From a virus (taxonomy: Duplodnaviria > Caudoviricetes), in IMG/VR virus record IMGVR_UViG_2932454522_000002, positions 23,927 to 87,926 of that record: DNA of 64,000 bases; one strand, given 5' to 3'. Both the position numbers and the translations under genes were made by a program. This document shows positions 1 to 8,826 of the stretch, in pieces. The notes beneath the pieces are model-generated. The model made no database searches. It had not been told where the DNA came from and saw nothing but the letters and a program-made list of their open reading frames with translations. How positions within the stretch are numbered: the stretch's first letter is position 1; each line of letters begins with the position of its first letter.

Positions 1-317
1 TCCTCACCCAGCCGCGCCTTCATGCTGTTGCCGTCCCAGTGCTCCTCCCAGTCGGCGAGGATCCGGTCGGCAAGCGGGGCGATCTCGCGCATGACGCTAT
101 TGGCGGCGTCGCCGGTGAGCAGGGGGATGTTGTAGCGGCGCTCGAAGCCGTGCCACACCTCCCCGGGGACGCCGCTGCCGATCACACCGTTGTAGTCGGC
201 AAGGAGCGTGCCCCGCTTCAGGTCCAGTTCGATGTAGGCGGCCTGCGCCTCGGACTGGCTGGTGTAGTGGCGGTACAGCTTGTCCTGCTCGGTGCACTCG
301 ATGATCGTGACGCTCAT
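1..317 (-). CDS. hypothetical phage protein, partial (runs off left edge)
   Basis: Open frame from ATG at 317 (MSVTIIECTEQDKLYRHY...) with no stop before the window edge; purine-rich RBS-like sequence upstream; absent from the ORF track because it is partial. Confidence 0.6.
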   Translation of the reverse strand, partial: MSVTIIECTEQDKLYRHYTSQSEAQAAYIELDLKRGTLLADYNGVIGSGVPGEVWHGFERRYNIPLLTGDAANSVMREIAPLADRILADWEEHWDGNSMKARLGE

Positions 318-349
318 GATGATCTCTTCCTGAAAGTCGCGGGGAGGCT

Positions 350-859
350 TCAGAGGGCGGCGATGGCGGTGCGGATGCCGGACACGACGGACTCCCACAC
401 CTCCTCACGGGTGGCGACGCGGGACTCGCCCCAGCCGTAGCGGCAGTGCAACTTGCCGTCAGCGGCGTCGAACCACACCTTGTGGATGCAGCCGAGGAGC
501 TTGTACGCCTGGGAGTTGGAGATCCCGTCGCCCTGGTAGCAGGCGGAGGAGATGTTGCCGGTGTTGTAGTGCGTGGTCTCCAGCCCGGCGAGCTCGGCCC
601 AGTTGTTGAAGTAGACGCGGTCCATGCCGTTCTTCTGCCACCGGCGCCCGCCGATCGCGGTCATCGTCTCGACGGTGAAGGCGACGGGCTTGGCCGGGCG
701 CTTCATCTTGCCGATGGCGATGCGGGCGGCGAGGGAGGCCTGGTCGATGGCCCAGCGGCCGGCCTGCTTGACGGCGGCGACGGCGCCGAGGCGGCACCAG
801 GTGCGGACGGTGTCGACGGAGACGTGGGCCTCGATGGCTGCGGCGGAAGTGCTGATCAT
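350..859 (-). CDS. Xis/MerR-like HTH fused to a phage domain
   Basis: N-terminal ISTSAAAIEAHVSVDTVRTWCRLG HTH; C-terminal GGRRWQKNGMDRVYFN domain. Confidence 0.7.
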   Translation of the reverse strand: MISTSAAAIEAHVSVDTVRTWCRLGAVAAVKQAGRWAIDQASLAARIAIGKMKRPAKPVAFTVETMTAIGGRRWQKNGMDRVYFNNWAELAGLETTHYNTGNISSACYQGDGISNSQAYKLLGCIHKVWFDAADGKLHCRYGWGESRVATREEVWESVVSGIRTAIAAL

Positions 860-1082
860 GGGGCTCTCCGAGTCACTTACGGAGTGGTCTGGGGCTCATC
901 CCCTGACCTCATGCCAAAAAGGTAGCACCCGCTTTTAGGGTGCGGCAAGGAGTTCGCTGAATATCCATCAAAGACCCAGCTCACGGGCCTACTTGAGGCG
1001 ATCACTCGCGGACAGCGGGGCGCGGCGTCGTCGACGCGCCCGCCGACAACGAGGACGACGGGCAGGCCGGCGGGCGGTAGGG

Positions 1083-1310
1083 CTACTCGCCCACAGCCGG
1101 CGGCTGCTCGTCGTCCAGCGGCGGCACCACCTTCAGCCCCGCCGCCTTCTCCGCCTCGCCCTGCGGATCCCTCACCAAGTCCCGCACCGTGGCCCGCTTC
1201 AGATCCAGCCGATCCGCCATTACCTCGACCGGCACCCCGTGCTTCCGCGCCGCCTTCAGTGCCAGGTTCCGGCGAACGAGCATCCGCGCCCATGCCTTCT
1301 TCGACGCCAC
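1083..1310 (-). CDS. small HTH DNA-binding protein
   Basis: GVPVEVMADRLDLKRATVRDLV resembles an HTH; start codon uncertain. Confidence 0.55.
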   Translation of the reverse strand: MASKKAWARMLVRRNLALKAARKHGVPVEVMADRLDLKRATVRDLVRDPQGEAEKAAGLKVVPPLDDEQPPAVGE

Positions 1311-1776
1311 CGAACTGTGCAACACCGCCGCCAGCCACAGCTGCACCCGGCCGGCTAACCGATTCCATCCGTCTCTCACAACGCCCCCCAGCGACTGCAC
1401 CGTTGAACACCTGACAGGACACCGTCAGGCGGAAGGCGGGCCGCCGCAAGGGCGCAGGCAGCGCACAGGAGCGCCCCCGCAGCAGCAGTGGGCGGCTACG
1501 GGGGCGTGGATGGATTTATGCGCGAGAGATCTCGAGCGGCGACGGCAGCGACAGTGAGTAACTGCCGGGCTGGCTGGCGCACTTGCTGCTCGCTCGCCTG
1601 CTTGCCTGCCCTCCGCCTCGCGCGCGATCAGCGGCGAGCAAGCCAGGAGGCTTGCCCTCTTCGAGGGATGCATTTTCTAGGCCAGCCCTCTTCTAGGTAA
1701 CCGTCTTCTAAGAAGACCCCTCACTTTCAAGACTCCCATCCAGCAGGACTCCTGCCGAGCGGGACTCCTGAAAACC

Positions 1777-2130
1777 TCACCCCGGGGTAGGCGGCCTGAG
1801 CAGCAGCGATAGCCCTTGCGGAGTGTCACTTACCGCAGTCGTCGTCCGCCACTTGCCGTCCTTGCCCTTGGCCCTCACGTGGGCCACCAGACCTGCCTCC
1901 CGAAGCTCCTTCAGTGCGGCGCGGACGGCGTACTCGCCCTCACCCTTGCCGCCCGCCTTCTCGTGGAGGCCGACCAGTCGCTCGGTCGTCATGTCGGAGT
2001 CGTCCGGGTAGGAGAGCAGCGTCAGCAGGAGCCCCTTTGCCTTCAGGCTCAGCGTGTAGTTCCGGGCGACGTGCTCGTTGCTGACGGGAGTCCAGCCGCC
2101 CGACTTCGGCCGCGAACGATGCGTCCTCAC
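1777..2130 (-). CDS. phage replication-initiator-like winged-helix protein (N-terminal domain only)
   Basis: WTPVSN...LSLKAKGLLLTLLSYPDD...AVRAALKELREAGLV is typical of phage replisome-organiser N-termini. Confidence 0.65.
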   Translation of the reverse strand: MRTHRSRPKSGGWTPVSNEHVARNYTLSLKAKGLLLTLLSYPDDSDMTTERLVGLHEKAGGKGEGEYAVRAALKELREAGLVAHVRAKGKDGKWRTTTAVSDTPQGLSLLLRPPTPG

Positions 2131-2243
2131 AGGACGGCCGATCGCTGGCGGCAAGGAGGCTTCATCGGTATCGTCATGCGCAGTGCCTTACTAGTCGATG
2201 GGTACGAACGCAGCGGGGTGATGACCCGCTCGATACGCAAGAT

Positions 2244-2279
2244 GGCCGGACGGTGGGGACCGTCCGGCCTCTGCTTTTT
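2244..2279 (+). terminator. GC hairpin followed by a T run
   Basis: GGCCGGACGG-tgggga-CCGTCCGGCC then tctgcttttt. Confidence 0.5.
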
Positions 2280-2338
2280 GTTGCCAATTCTAATGGTTCA
2301 CGGGGCCCAAGTGGGCTGTAACTGGGGCCAATTGGAGA

Positions 2339-2638
2339 TCAGGCGCGGGAAACCTCGAGCGGCGACGGCAACGATGGGCGCGGCAGATCGAACGCCTCCG
2401 CCAGAATCACGCGGGCCGCAATGTCCCGCTCCCACTCCGGCCGGCCCGACGGCATCGCCAGGATCCGATGGCCGTCCTCGCGCACCAGGTAGTAGCCGGT
2501 GAACGTGCGGTCCGTGATCGACGACTCGACCAGCTCGACGTCCAGAGAGGCGAGCAGCTGGGGGAGGGGGGTGTCGAACAGGGAGACGTGCGCAGCATCA
2601 CTCTGGGGCGCGCAGGCGTGGTCGGCTAAGGTTGACAC
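2339..2638 (-). CDS. hypothetical phage protein
   Basis: Compact ORF with ordinary composition; GAGAAGAGG RBS-like sequence upstream. Confidence 0.65.
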   Translation of the reverse strand: MSTLADHACAPQSDAAHVSLFDTPLPQLLASLDVELVESSITDRTFTGYYLVREDGHRILAMPSGRPEWERDIAARVILAEAFDLPRPSLPSPLEVSRA

Positions 2639-3140
2639 TAGGAAGCCTCTTCTCTTCGCAGGGTGGACGATTCCTTGATCAGCGAGGTGCGAACTCGCTG
2701 GTTGAACTGGCCGGACGGGTGCGAACCGTCCGGCCGTTCGCGTTTGGCGCGAACGACTTGACTAGATTCTGGAGCACTCCAGGCCCGTTTCTCGGGTGAG
2801 CGGCGTCACATTCGGTGCCGACCTGGGGTTTCACGGCCAAAGTGCATCCTTTTCGCTGCCCGACCTCACCCAGACGGTACGTGCGGCCATGAAGTCGACG
2901 GCAGGAAGCGGACGTTGGGCGCCGAGCCCCTGAACTGCGCAGAGCCCGACTTGCCCGAACCGATAGGATTTGGCGCGCGCCCCACGGAGTGCGCGGCAGA
3001 GACGGCAACGAGCGGCCGGTCGACTTGAAGTAGCTCACGCTGGTGCCTCCTTCCAGGGCGTGCGAGCCAGGACGCTAGCCGAAGTTCACGAGATGCGAAA
3101 GGCAACAACTGTCGCCATAGAGTGGGGATGACCTGCGGGT

Positions 3141-3653
3141 TTAGGTGGGGCGGGCGGCGACGAAGAGTCCCCGGCCCGACTCGAAGACGAGCAGGCCCTC
3201 GCGCTGTAGTCGAGCGGACGCCTTGCTGACGATCGGCTGGCTCGCGCCAGTCGCTTCGGTCATGCGTCGGATCGACGGGAGGCGTTGCCCGGGTCTCCAT
3301 CGGCCGGCTGTGATCTCGCCGCGGATGAGGCCTGCGACCTGCTCGATCTTGCTCCCGTAGGTGACGGTCGGCCAGGCCGCCGGGTCGAACTCGGCTTCGT
3401 CGTAGTTGTGAGTGCCGTTGTAGAGCGGCTTCTCGGTCTCGATCGCGATCTTCTCGGCGGCGAGTGCGAGCTTCCGCGTGTCGCGCCACTCATCGGTTCG
3501 TCGAACGGCCCGCTTCGGCCAGTCGTCCGGCCTCGACTCGTACAGGTGCGCCTTGCTACGGAAGGCGGGGTCGTTCGAGATCCCGACATAGAGCAGGACG
3601 TCATCGGCGTCGAAGTATCGGTAGAGCGCGGTGCGCTGCTCGGATTCAGGCAT
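3141..3653 (-). CDS. GIY-YIG-like domain fused to GntR winged helix
   Basis: ALYRYFD...LLYVGIS...AEKIAIETEKPLYN (GIY-YIG) followed by IRGEITAGRWRPGQRLPS...GRGLFV (GntR wHTH). Confidence 0.8.
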   Translation of the reverse strand: MPESEQRTALYRYFDADDVLLYVGISNDPAFRSKAHLYESRPDDWPKRAVRRTDEWRDTRKLALAAEKIAIETEKPLYNGTHNYDEAEFDPAAWPTVTYGSKIEQVAGLIRGEITAGRWRPGQRLPSIRRMTEATGASQPIVSKASARLQREGLLVFESGRGLFVAARPT

Positions 3654-3804
3654 GGAACCCCTCGACCTATTGGGCACTGGCGTTCCACGTGGATGTTGTG
3701 CGTACAGTTGGTGCCGAGCATGCAGGCAGAACTAGCCCGCTGACCTGCATCTCTACCGTCAGTGGCAGTGCGTAAACGTGGAACTACTGGAATAGACGGT
3801 CCTC

Positions 3805-3822
3805 GACTTCCACGTGGAAGTC
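3805..3822. promoter_or_regulatory. palindromic operator GACTTCCACGTGGAAGTC
   Basis: Perfect 18-bp palindrome upstream of the GntR gene; same core at 4709-4724 and 4749-4766, partial at 3683-3694. Confidence 0.8.
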
Positions 3823-3879
3823 AAGCGGCTCGATCGAACCGGCTTAGCCCGACGCACGCGAGAGCTTTAGGGAGGCGTC

Positions 3880-4638
3880 TTGGCGAGCAAGAAGGGCGAC
3901 GACAGCCTGGGGTACGAGGCGATCGCCGACCAGCTGCGAGCCCGCATTGAGAGCGGCGAACTCGCGCCCGGCGACAAGGTTCCAGGCGAGAACGGGCTCA
4001 TGGAGACGCTGGGTGTCAGTCGAGACACCGCCTCAAAGGCTCTGCTGATCCTTCGCAACCTGGGGCTGACCGAGGCTCGACAGGGGGCCCCAACCCGCGT
4101 TCGTAAGTTCCAGCGCATCGTTCGGCCGGCGAACAAGCGGCTATCAAAGGAAGTCTGGGGTTCCGGGCGGTCGGTCCAATCTGCGGACGTCGTCGAGGGG
4201 CAAACGAAGCCCACTGGCCTCCGCATTGACCGGGTCCCTTCGGATGCCCGGGTCGCCCAGATGCTCGGGATCGAGGAAGGGGCGGCGGTGGTCGTCCGGG
4301 ACCGAAGCTATGTCCTGGGGGTTAAGCCCGTGATGCACGCCGTGTCGTACATCCCTGCGGATCTGGCAGACGGGACCGCGATCGCCGAGGAGGACACTGG
4401 CCCCGGAGGGATCTGGATGCGACTGGATGACATCGGGCACGGGCCGACACTGTTCCGCGAGGAGGTTCGCTCGCGGATGCCGAGGAAGGTCGAGCAGGAA
4501 CTGCTCAAGATTGAGATCGGCACTCCCGTGATGGAGATTCGACGCTTCGCGGCCGAGGAGTCGGGTCGGATTGTCGAGGTGAACGAGATGGTTCTGGACA
4601 GTTCCAGCTACGTTCTGGAGTACGTGATCCCGTCCTGA
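3880..4638 (+). CDS. GntR (HutC/KorSA-like) repressor with UTRA domain
   Basis: YEAIADQLRARIESGELAPGDKVPGE wHTH plus C-terminal UTRA-like domain; GGGAGG RBS. Confidence 0.9.
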   Translation: MASKKGDDSLGYEAIADQLRARIESGELAPGDKVPGENGLMETLGVSRDTASKALLILRNLGLTEARQGAPTRVRKFQRIVRPANKRLSKEVWGSGRSVQSADVVEGQTKPTGLRIDRVPSDARVAQMLGIEEGAAVVVRDRSYVLGVKPVMHAVSYIPADLADGTAIAEEDTGPGGIWMRLDDIGHGPTLFREEVRSRMPRKVEQELLKIEIGTPVMEIRRFAAEESGRIVEVNEMVLDSSSYVLEYVIPS

Positions 4639-4653
4639 CCTGCACTCCCTTTT

Positions 4654-4683
4654 GCCCCACCCCTGCCGGGTGGGGCTTTTTTC
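4654..4683 (+). terminator. intrinsic terminator
   Basis: GCCCCACCC-ctgcc-GGGTGGGGC-TTTTTT after the GntR stop. Confidence 0.8.
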
Positions 4684-4705
4684 ATGCCTGGTTCCAGCTT
4701 GGACG

Positions 4706-4766
4706 TTGACTTCCACGTGGAAGTAGGCGCACTCTTGGAGCACACGGAAACTTCCACGTGGAAGTT
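4706..4766 (+). promoter_or_regulatory. rightward promoter overlapped by two operators
   Basis: TTGACT at 4706 overlaps ACTTCCACGTGGAAGT (4709-4724); second copy AACTTCCACGTGGAAGTT at 4749-4766. Confidence 0.7.
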
Positions 4767-4806
4767 CCAGGAGTTCCAACCTGCCTACCAAGACCCGGGA
4801 GTCTCC

Positions 4807-5052
4807 TTGAGTCACGATGCCCCGGCCGCGGACACCGTGGCCCCCTCCCCGAACTTCCTCAACGCGGCCGAGGTCGCCGAGCGCCTCCGCGTCTCGCGAT
4901 CCACCGTCTACAACCTGATCACCGCCGGCCAACTCCCGGCCATCCGCAACGGGGTCGGCAAGATCCGCCCCCGTGGCGTGCGAGTCGCCGAGAACGTCGT
5001 CGAGGCCTACCTGAACAACTCCCTCATCACTCCCGCCGAGGAGGCAGCGTGA
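4807..5052 (+). CDS. excisionase/HTH_17 DNA-binding protein
   Basis: FLNAAEVAERLRVSRSTVYNLITAGQLPAIR motif; start codon estimated. Confidence 0.85.
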   Translation: MSHDAPAADTVAPSPNFLNAAEVAERLRVSRSTVYNLITAGQLPAIRNGVGKIRPRGVRVAENVVEAYLNNSLITPAEEAA

Positions 5053-5357
5053 TGGCCACAGCAACCCAGACCCCGATCCCCCTCCCGTCCGACCCCCGTA
5101 CCGCCCCGCTTCCGCCGCTCGCGCTGACCGCGATGGCCCGCCTGGAGTCGGCGCTGTCCCTCCCGCCGGCTGTGGTGCGTGCCGTGACCCGTTTCGAGGT
5201 CGCCACGGCCCGGATCGCCGAGCTGTCGGCGGTGGATGCCCAGCACCTGTCGGGCGCGGACTTCAACGCCCTGGGTGACGCCCGGGACGTGGTGAAGGCG
5301 TCGCGCAAGTTCCTCGCCGGCGCCGGTCTGCTGCAGCTGATTGGCGGCGCGTCGTGA
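5052..5357 (+). CDS. hypothetical protein
   Basis: TGATG coupling to xis; GGAGG RBS. Confidence 0.65.
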   Translation: MATATQTPIPLPSDPRTAPLPPLALTAMARLESALSLPPAVVRAVTRFEVATARIAELSAVDAQHLSGADFNALGDARDVVKASRKFLAGAGLLQLIGGAS

Positions 5358-5566
5358 ACGCGGCCCAGACGGCCTCCTGGCCGATCTCCGACGACCTGGC
5401 CGCTGCTCTGGCCCGCGACAACCGTCGCGAGGATGCGGGCATGCCGGCCGATGAGCGCCGCACGTGCTGGACGCATCAGTGCTGGGCCGAGGACTGTGCC
5501 GACCACCCGATGCACGCGAACCCGCACGGGTTCGTGATCCGGCAGGCACTGCGGGAGGCGTCGTGA
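5354..5566 (+). CDS. small Cys/His protein
   Basis: GTGA overlap; CWTHQCWAEDC..H motif. Confidence 0.65.
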   Translation: MNAAQTASWPISDDLAAALARDNRREDAGMPADERRTCWTHQCWAEDCADHPMHANPHGFVIRQALREAS

Positions 5567-6201
5567 TGTTCTCCCGCTTCCGCAAGATTCGCGCGGACCG
5601 TCGCCTGTGGGCCGAGGCTCAGTCTCTGCCGGAGCTGTCCGTGCTGACGGTCCGCTGGCTGGAGGGCGGTCTCGCCTGGCAGCCGGCGGATCGGGCCTCG
5701 ACTGTGGATGAGGAGACGGCGGGCTTGGTGCCGGTGCTGTCTCGCCTGAACGCGGCGGGGTTGTTGACGACGGAGTCGCAGCCCGGCTGTGACGAAATGG
5801 TCGACGGGGTGCGCTGGCAGCAGTGTGCGGCGGTGGCTGGTTTGGTCGCTGACACGCGGCTGATGGGCCGTATCAACCGGGCTGCGATGGCTGCTGGTCT
5901 GACGGTGGGGTTGTTCCATCCGCGGCGGGGTTTGTGGTCGTGGACGACGCCGGTCACGTTCCAGGACGGCGAGCCGACGGCGTGGTACGGCCGTGAACTG
6001 TCGGTCGATGACCTGGAGTTCATGTGGCGGGGCATTAGCCCGGCCGCATTGGGCGAGGTGGTCGATGCCTGGCAGGTGACGGTCATCGACCCCGAGGTGG
6101 GTCGCGAAGACCTGCTGTGGTCTGTGCTCGATGCGGCTCTGCAGCCTGAGGCCCCCGCCGACCTGGCTCCGGTCCTTCCGTTCCGCCGCACCACCCCCTG
6201 A
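5566..6201 (+). CDS. DUF6919-like protein
   Basis: RWLEG...LSRLNAAGLLTTESQPG...VIDPEVGREDLLW motifs. Confidence 0.65.
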   Translation: MFSRFRKIRADRRLWAEAQSLPELSVLTVRWLEGGLAWQPADRASTVDEETAGLVPVLSRLNAAGLLTTESQPGCDEMVDGVRWQQCAAVAGLVADTRLMGRINRAAMAAGLTVGLFHPRRGLWSWTTPVTFQDGEPTAWYGRELSVDDLEFMWRGISPAALGEVVDAWQVTVIDPEVGREDLLWSVLDAALQPEAPADLAPVLPFRRTTP

Positions 6202-6293
6202 TCCGGTCGCGGGCGGGGCTGTCCCCCCGGCTTCCGCCCGCGGCCAACTCTTCGCTCAGCCAACCCACTTCACCTTGGAAGGAATTGATTGCT

Positions 6294-6509
6294 ATGCCGC
6301 GCTGGAACAAGGAGCGTCGCGCCGAGATCGCCGCCGAGTACGACGGTTACGCCAGCGACATGGACACGATCGCTGATGGCCTGTCGGAGCGTGGCCACGA
6401 GCGTGTCGCCAGCGACAAGCGCGAGCAGGCCGGGTTCTACCGGAACGTGGCCGCCGATGCCCGCGAGTCGAGTGCCGCACTGAACGCGAACCCGGACTTC
6501 AAGGCCTAA
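6294..6509 (+). CDS. hypothetical protein
   Basis: GGAAGGA RBS; high-GC3 codon usage. Confidence 0.6.
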   Translation: MPRWNKERRAEIAAEYDGYASDMDTIADGLSERGHERVASDKREQAGFYRNVAADARESSAALNANPDFKA

Positions 6510-6685
6510 CCCCCCTGATCCGCCGCGGGCGCCGGGATGTCCCCCTACCCGTCGCCCGCGGCTCACCACCCCCGGCTCTGGCTGGGAGCGGAGGCCGCCG
6601 GTGCTTCATCCCCCGGTCGCACCGGCGGCGCCCCACCCATCCAGCACCATCCCCATTCCTTCTGCGTCCTTGAGAGGACACCGTC

Positions 6686-6916
6686 ATGTCTCCGTTCCTG
6701 TTCGATGCCGACGCCGCGCACACCCCCGAGGGGGAGAGGCGGCGCGCCGAGACGATCGTCGCCGACCCGTCGGTGCTGAGCATCAGCGACCTGTTCGCCA
6801 CGTTCGCCAAGGCCGTCAAGTCCGGCGACCAGGTCAGCGTCAAGCGCATCCGACGCTCCGCCAGCCCCCAACTGCTCGCCGAGCTGGACGGCTTCAACTA
6901 CCCGGCGGCTGCGTGA
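6686..6916 (+). CDS. hypothetical protein
   Basis: GAGAGGA RBS; coupled to the next ORF. Confidence 0.65.
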   Translation: MSPFLFDADAAHTPEGERRRAETIVADPSVLSISDLFATFAKAVKSGDQVSVKRIRRSASPQLLAELDGFNYPAAA

Positions 6917-7050
6917 TGTTCGGCCGGAGGCGCGAGGACGCGCAGCAGCGGCCGGAGCCGTCGGCGTACCGGCCGGGTGTCGATGTCGAGGCGATGGAGG
7001 ACACGCCGCGGCAGATCTGGGGTCCGGATGACGACGAGGACGGCAAGTGA
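6916..7050 (+). CDS. small hypothetical protein
   Basis: TGATG coupling on both sides. Confidence 0.5.
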   Translation: MFGRRREDAQQRPEPSAYRPGVDVEAMEDTPRQIWGPDDDEDGK

Positions 7051-7493
7051 TGTCCGGCGTGTCGACGGCCCGGTCGGAGGCCCAGTCGCTGATCGCCCGG
7101 GTGGACAGCAAGGCGAGTCTGCTGCTCGCGTTCAATGGCGTGGCTCTGGCTGGCTTGTGGTCGGCGGGGCATGGCGTCGAGTTGGCGCCGCTGCCGCTCA
7201 CGATGACGGTGGGTGCCGGGCTGGCGTTCCTGGCGTCGATCGTCGTGGCGCTGTGGACGGTGCGCCCGCGTCTGGGTGACGGACGCTCCGGCTTCCCCTT
7301 GTGGGCGTCGCTGTCGGCGGACGCGGTGGAGGCGCTGCTGCTGGCCGAGCAGGAGGGCCCGCATGTGGTGGCCCTCTCGAAGATCACCGTCAAGAAGATG
7401 CGCGCCTTCACCCTGGCCATCGACCTGACTCTCACCGGCATCGGCACGGCCGTTCTCGCCGCCGCGATCCAGGCCGCCACATCCCTGTTCTGA
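7047..7493 (+). CDS. Pycsar-effector-family (DUF5706-like) membrane protein
   Basis: IARVDSKASLLLAFNG, two TM helices, VRPRL, GFPLWA, LSKITVKK then a third TM helix. Confidence 0.75.
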   Translation: MMSGVSTARSEAQSLIARVDSKASLLLAFNGVALAGLWSAGHGVELAPLPLTMTVGAGLAFLASIVVALWTVRPRLGDGRSGFPLWASLSADAVEALLLAEQEGPHVVALSKITVKKMRAFTLAIDLTLTGIGTAVLAAAIQAATSLF

Positions 7494-7584
7494 CCTCAGC
7501 CCCGGCATCCATGCCGCGAGGGAGCCGAGTCAACGCCGGCCCGGGGCGCGCACCACACACCCAACCCGACCCGAAGGAGTCCCA

Positions 7585-7731
7585 ATGGCCCTGTCACGCG
7601 AGGACCACCAGTTCATGGCCGGACAGTCCGTGTACGCGCAGATGGAGCGCGGCGAGGTCGCCGACGTGACCGTCGCCCTGGACCAGGCGGTGGCGGACGC
7701 CAACAAGGAGTACGAGAAGGACAACGGCTGA
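7585..7731 (+). CDS. small hypothetical protein (48 aa)
   Basis: AAGGAG RBS; MALSREDHQFMAGQSVYAQMERG...; below the ORF-track length cutoff. Confidence 0.55.
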   Translation: MALSREDHQFMAGQSVYAQMERGEVADVTVALDQAVADANKEYEKDNG

Positions 7732-7874
7732 GCCTGCCCCTGTTCCGCCGTGGGCGGGCCGCTTGCCCGCCGCCCCGCCCACGGTCCCCGCCTCGGTCAC
7801 GGTCTCCACGGACGTAGCCGCGAAGTGCTGACCGGGGCGCGCACGACACCAGTTATCGAATCGAAAGGACCCTC

Positions 7875-8141
7875 ATGGACCTGACCGCAATGCGTGCCCG
7901 TGACGCCCACCGGCTGCTTGCCGACGTGGATGCCGCCGACATCACGAACCCGGATCTGCCGCACCGTACTTCTGTCCGGCTGATCACCGACCTGTCGACG
8001 ATGCTCAAGATCGCGACCGAGGGCTCGGAGAGCCTGCAGGCCACCGTCGACCAGCTTCGCGAGGAGAACGTCCGCCTGAAGGCCGCCGCACTGGAAGCCC
8101 AGCTCGCAGCCCTGGACGAGACCGAGACGGCCGCTGCCTGA
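7875..8141 (+). CDS. coiled-coil hypothetical protein
   Basis: AAAGGA RBS; heptad pattern LQATVDQLREENVRLKAA. Confidence 0.65.
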   Translation: MDLTAMRARDAHRLLADVDAADITNPDLPHRTSVRLITDLSTMLKIATEGSESLQATVDQLREENVRLKAAALEAQLAALDETETAAA

Positions 8142-8237
8142 GCCTGCCCCCAGCCCGATCCGCCGGATCCTGCACGCCCGGCGGTGAGAGGTGGAGCGCA
8201 GAGCCCGCCACCCCAACCCCAACCCGAGAGGAACCAC

Positions 8238-8408
8238 ATGGCATTCGGACGTAAGGCCGCCGAGAAGCTCGACTCCGCTGCGGCCGGTCTCCACAAGGTC
8301 GGCGGACGGGCCGGTGACGCGGTCGCCAACGCGGTCATCGCCCCGGTCCGTCGGCAGATCAACGAGGACTGCACGAACTGCTCCCGCGGCAAGTGCAAGA
8401 AGCACTGA
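8238..8408 (+). CDS. small protein with C-terminal CxxCxxxxCxxH
   Basis: GAGAGGA RBS; CTNCSRGKCKKH. Confidence 0.6.
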   Translation: MAFGRKAAEKLDSAAAGLHKVGGRAGDAVANAVIAPVRRQINEDCTNCSRGKCKKH

Positions 8409-8492
8409 CGGCCCTGCCCGTTGCCCGATCTGCCGGTCTCGCACCGGCAGTGAGGGGAGCCGGGACAGTCCCGACTCCGGAAGGAGGGCGTC

Positions 8493-8630
8493 ATGCCCGA
8501 CGGATTCTGCTGTGGAGCCGCCAAGTCCCACTGCGAGAAGCACCGCGGCGGCAACGACCTGCCGTGCACGTGGTGCATCAACCACAAGGTCAGCTTCTTC
8601 GGCGGCTGCGACGGCGGAGACAACGGCTAA
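8493..8630 (+). CDS. small Cys-rich protein (45 aa)
   Basis: AGGAGG RBS; MPDGFCCGAAKSHCEKH...CTWC. Confidence 0.5.
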   Translation: MPDGFCCGAAKSHCEKHRGGNDLPCTWCINHKVSFFGGCDGGDNG

Positions 8631-8826
8631 CCCAACCCCCACAACTCCCGAGAGGAGGAGTTGATGGACGAGACCGCCCGCATCGACAGCCGCCGGGTGC
8701 TGCACCAGTCCGGTCGTCGTCTGCCGCACGGATGGTGCGAGCAGCACGCCGAACCGCCGTTGGAGTCGTCCTGACCGACACCCATCACAGACCCAACCCG
8801 ATCCATCTATCCGAGAGGAGGCCGCC

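Noticed and set aside
3757-3778. RecA-NDp promoter for the GntR gene
   Set aside because: CGTCAG-N10-TAAACG mismatches both boxes, including the conserved final T
7047-7493. Complete Pycsar defence system
   Set aside because: No pyrimidine cyclase gene in the window
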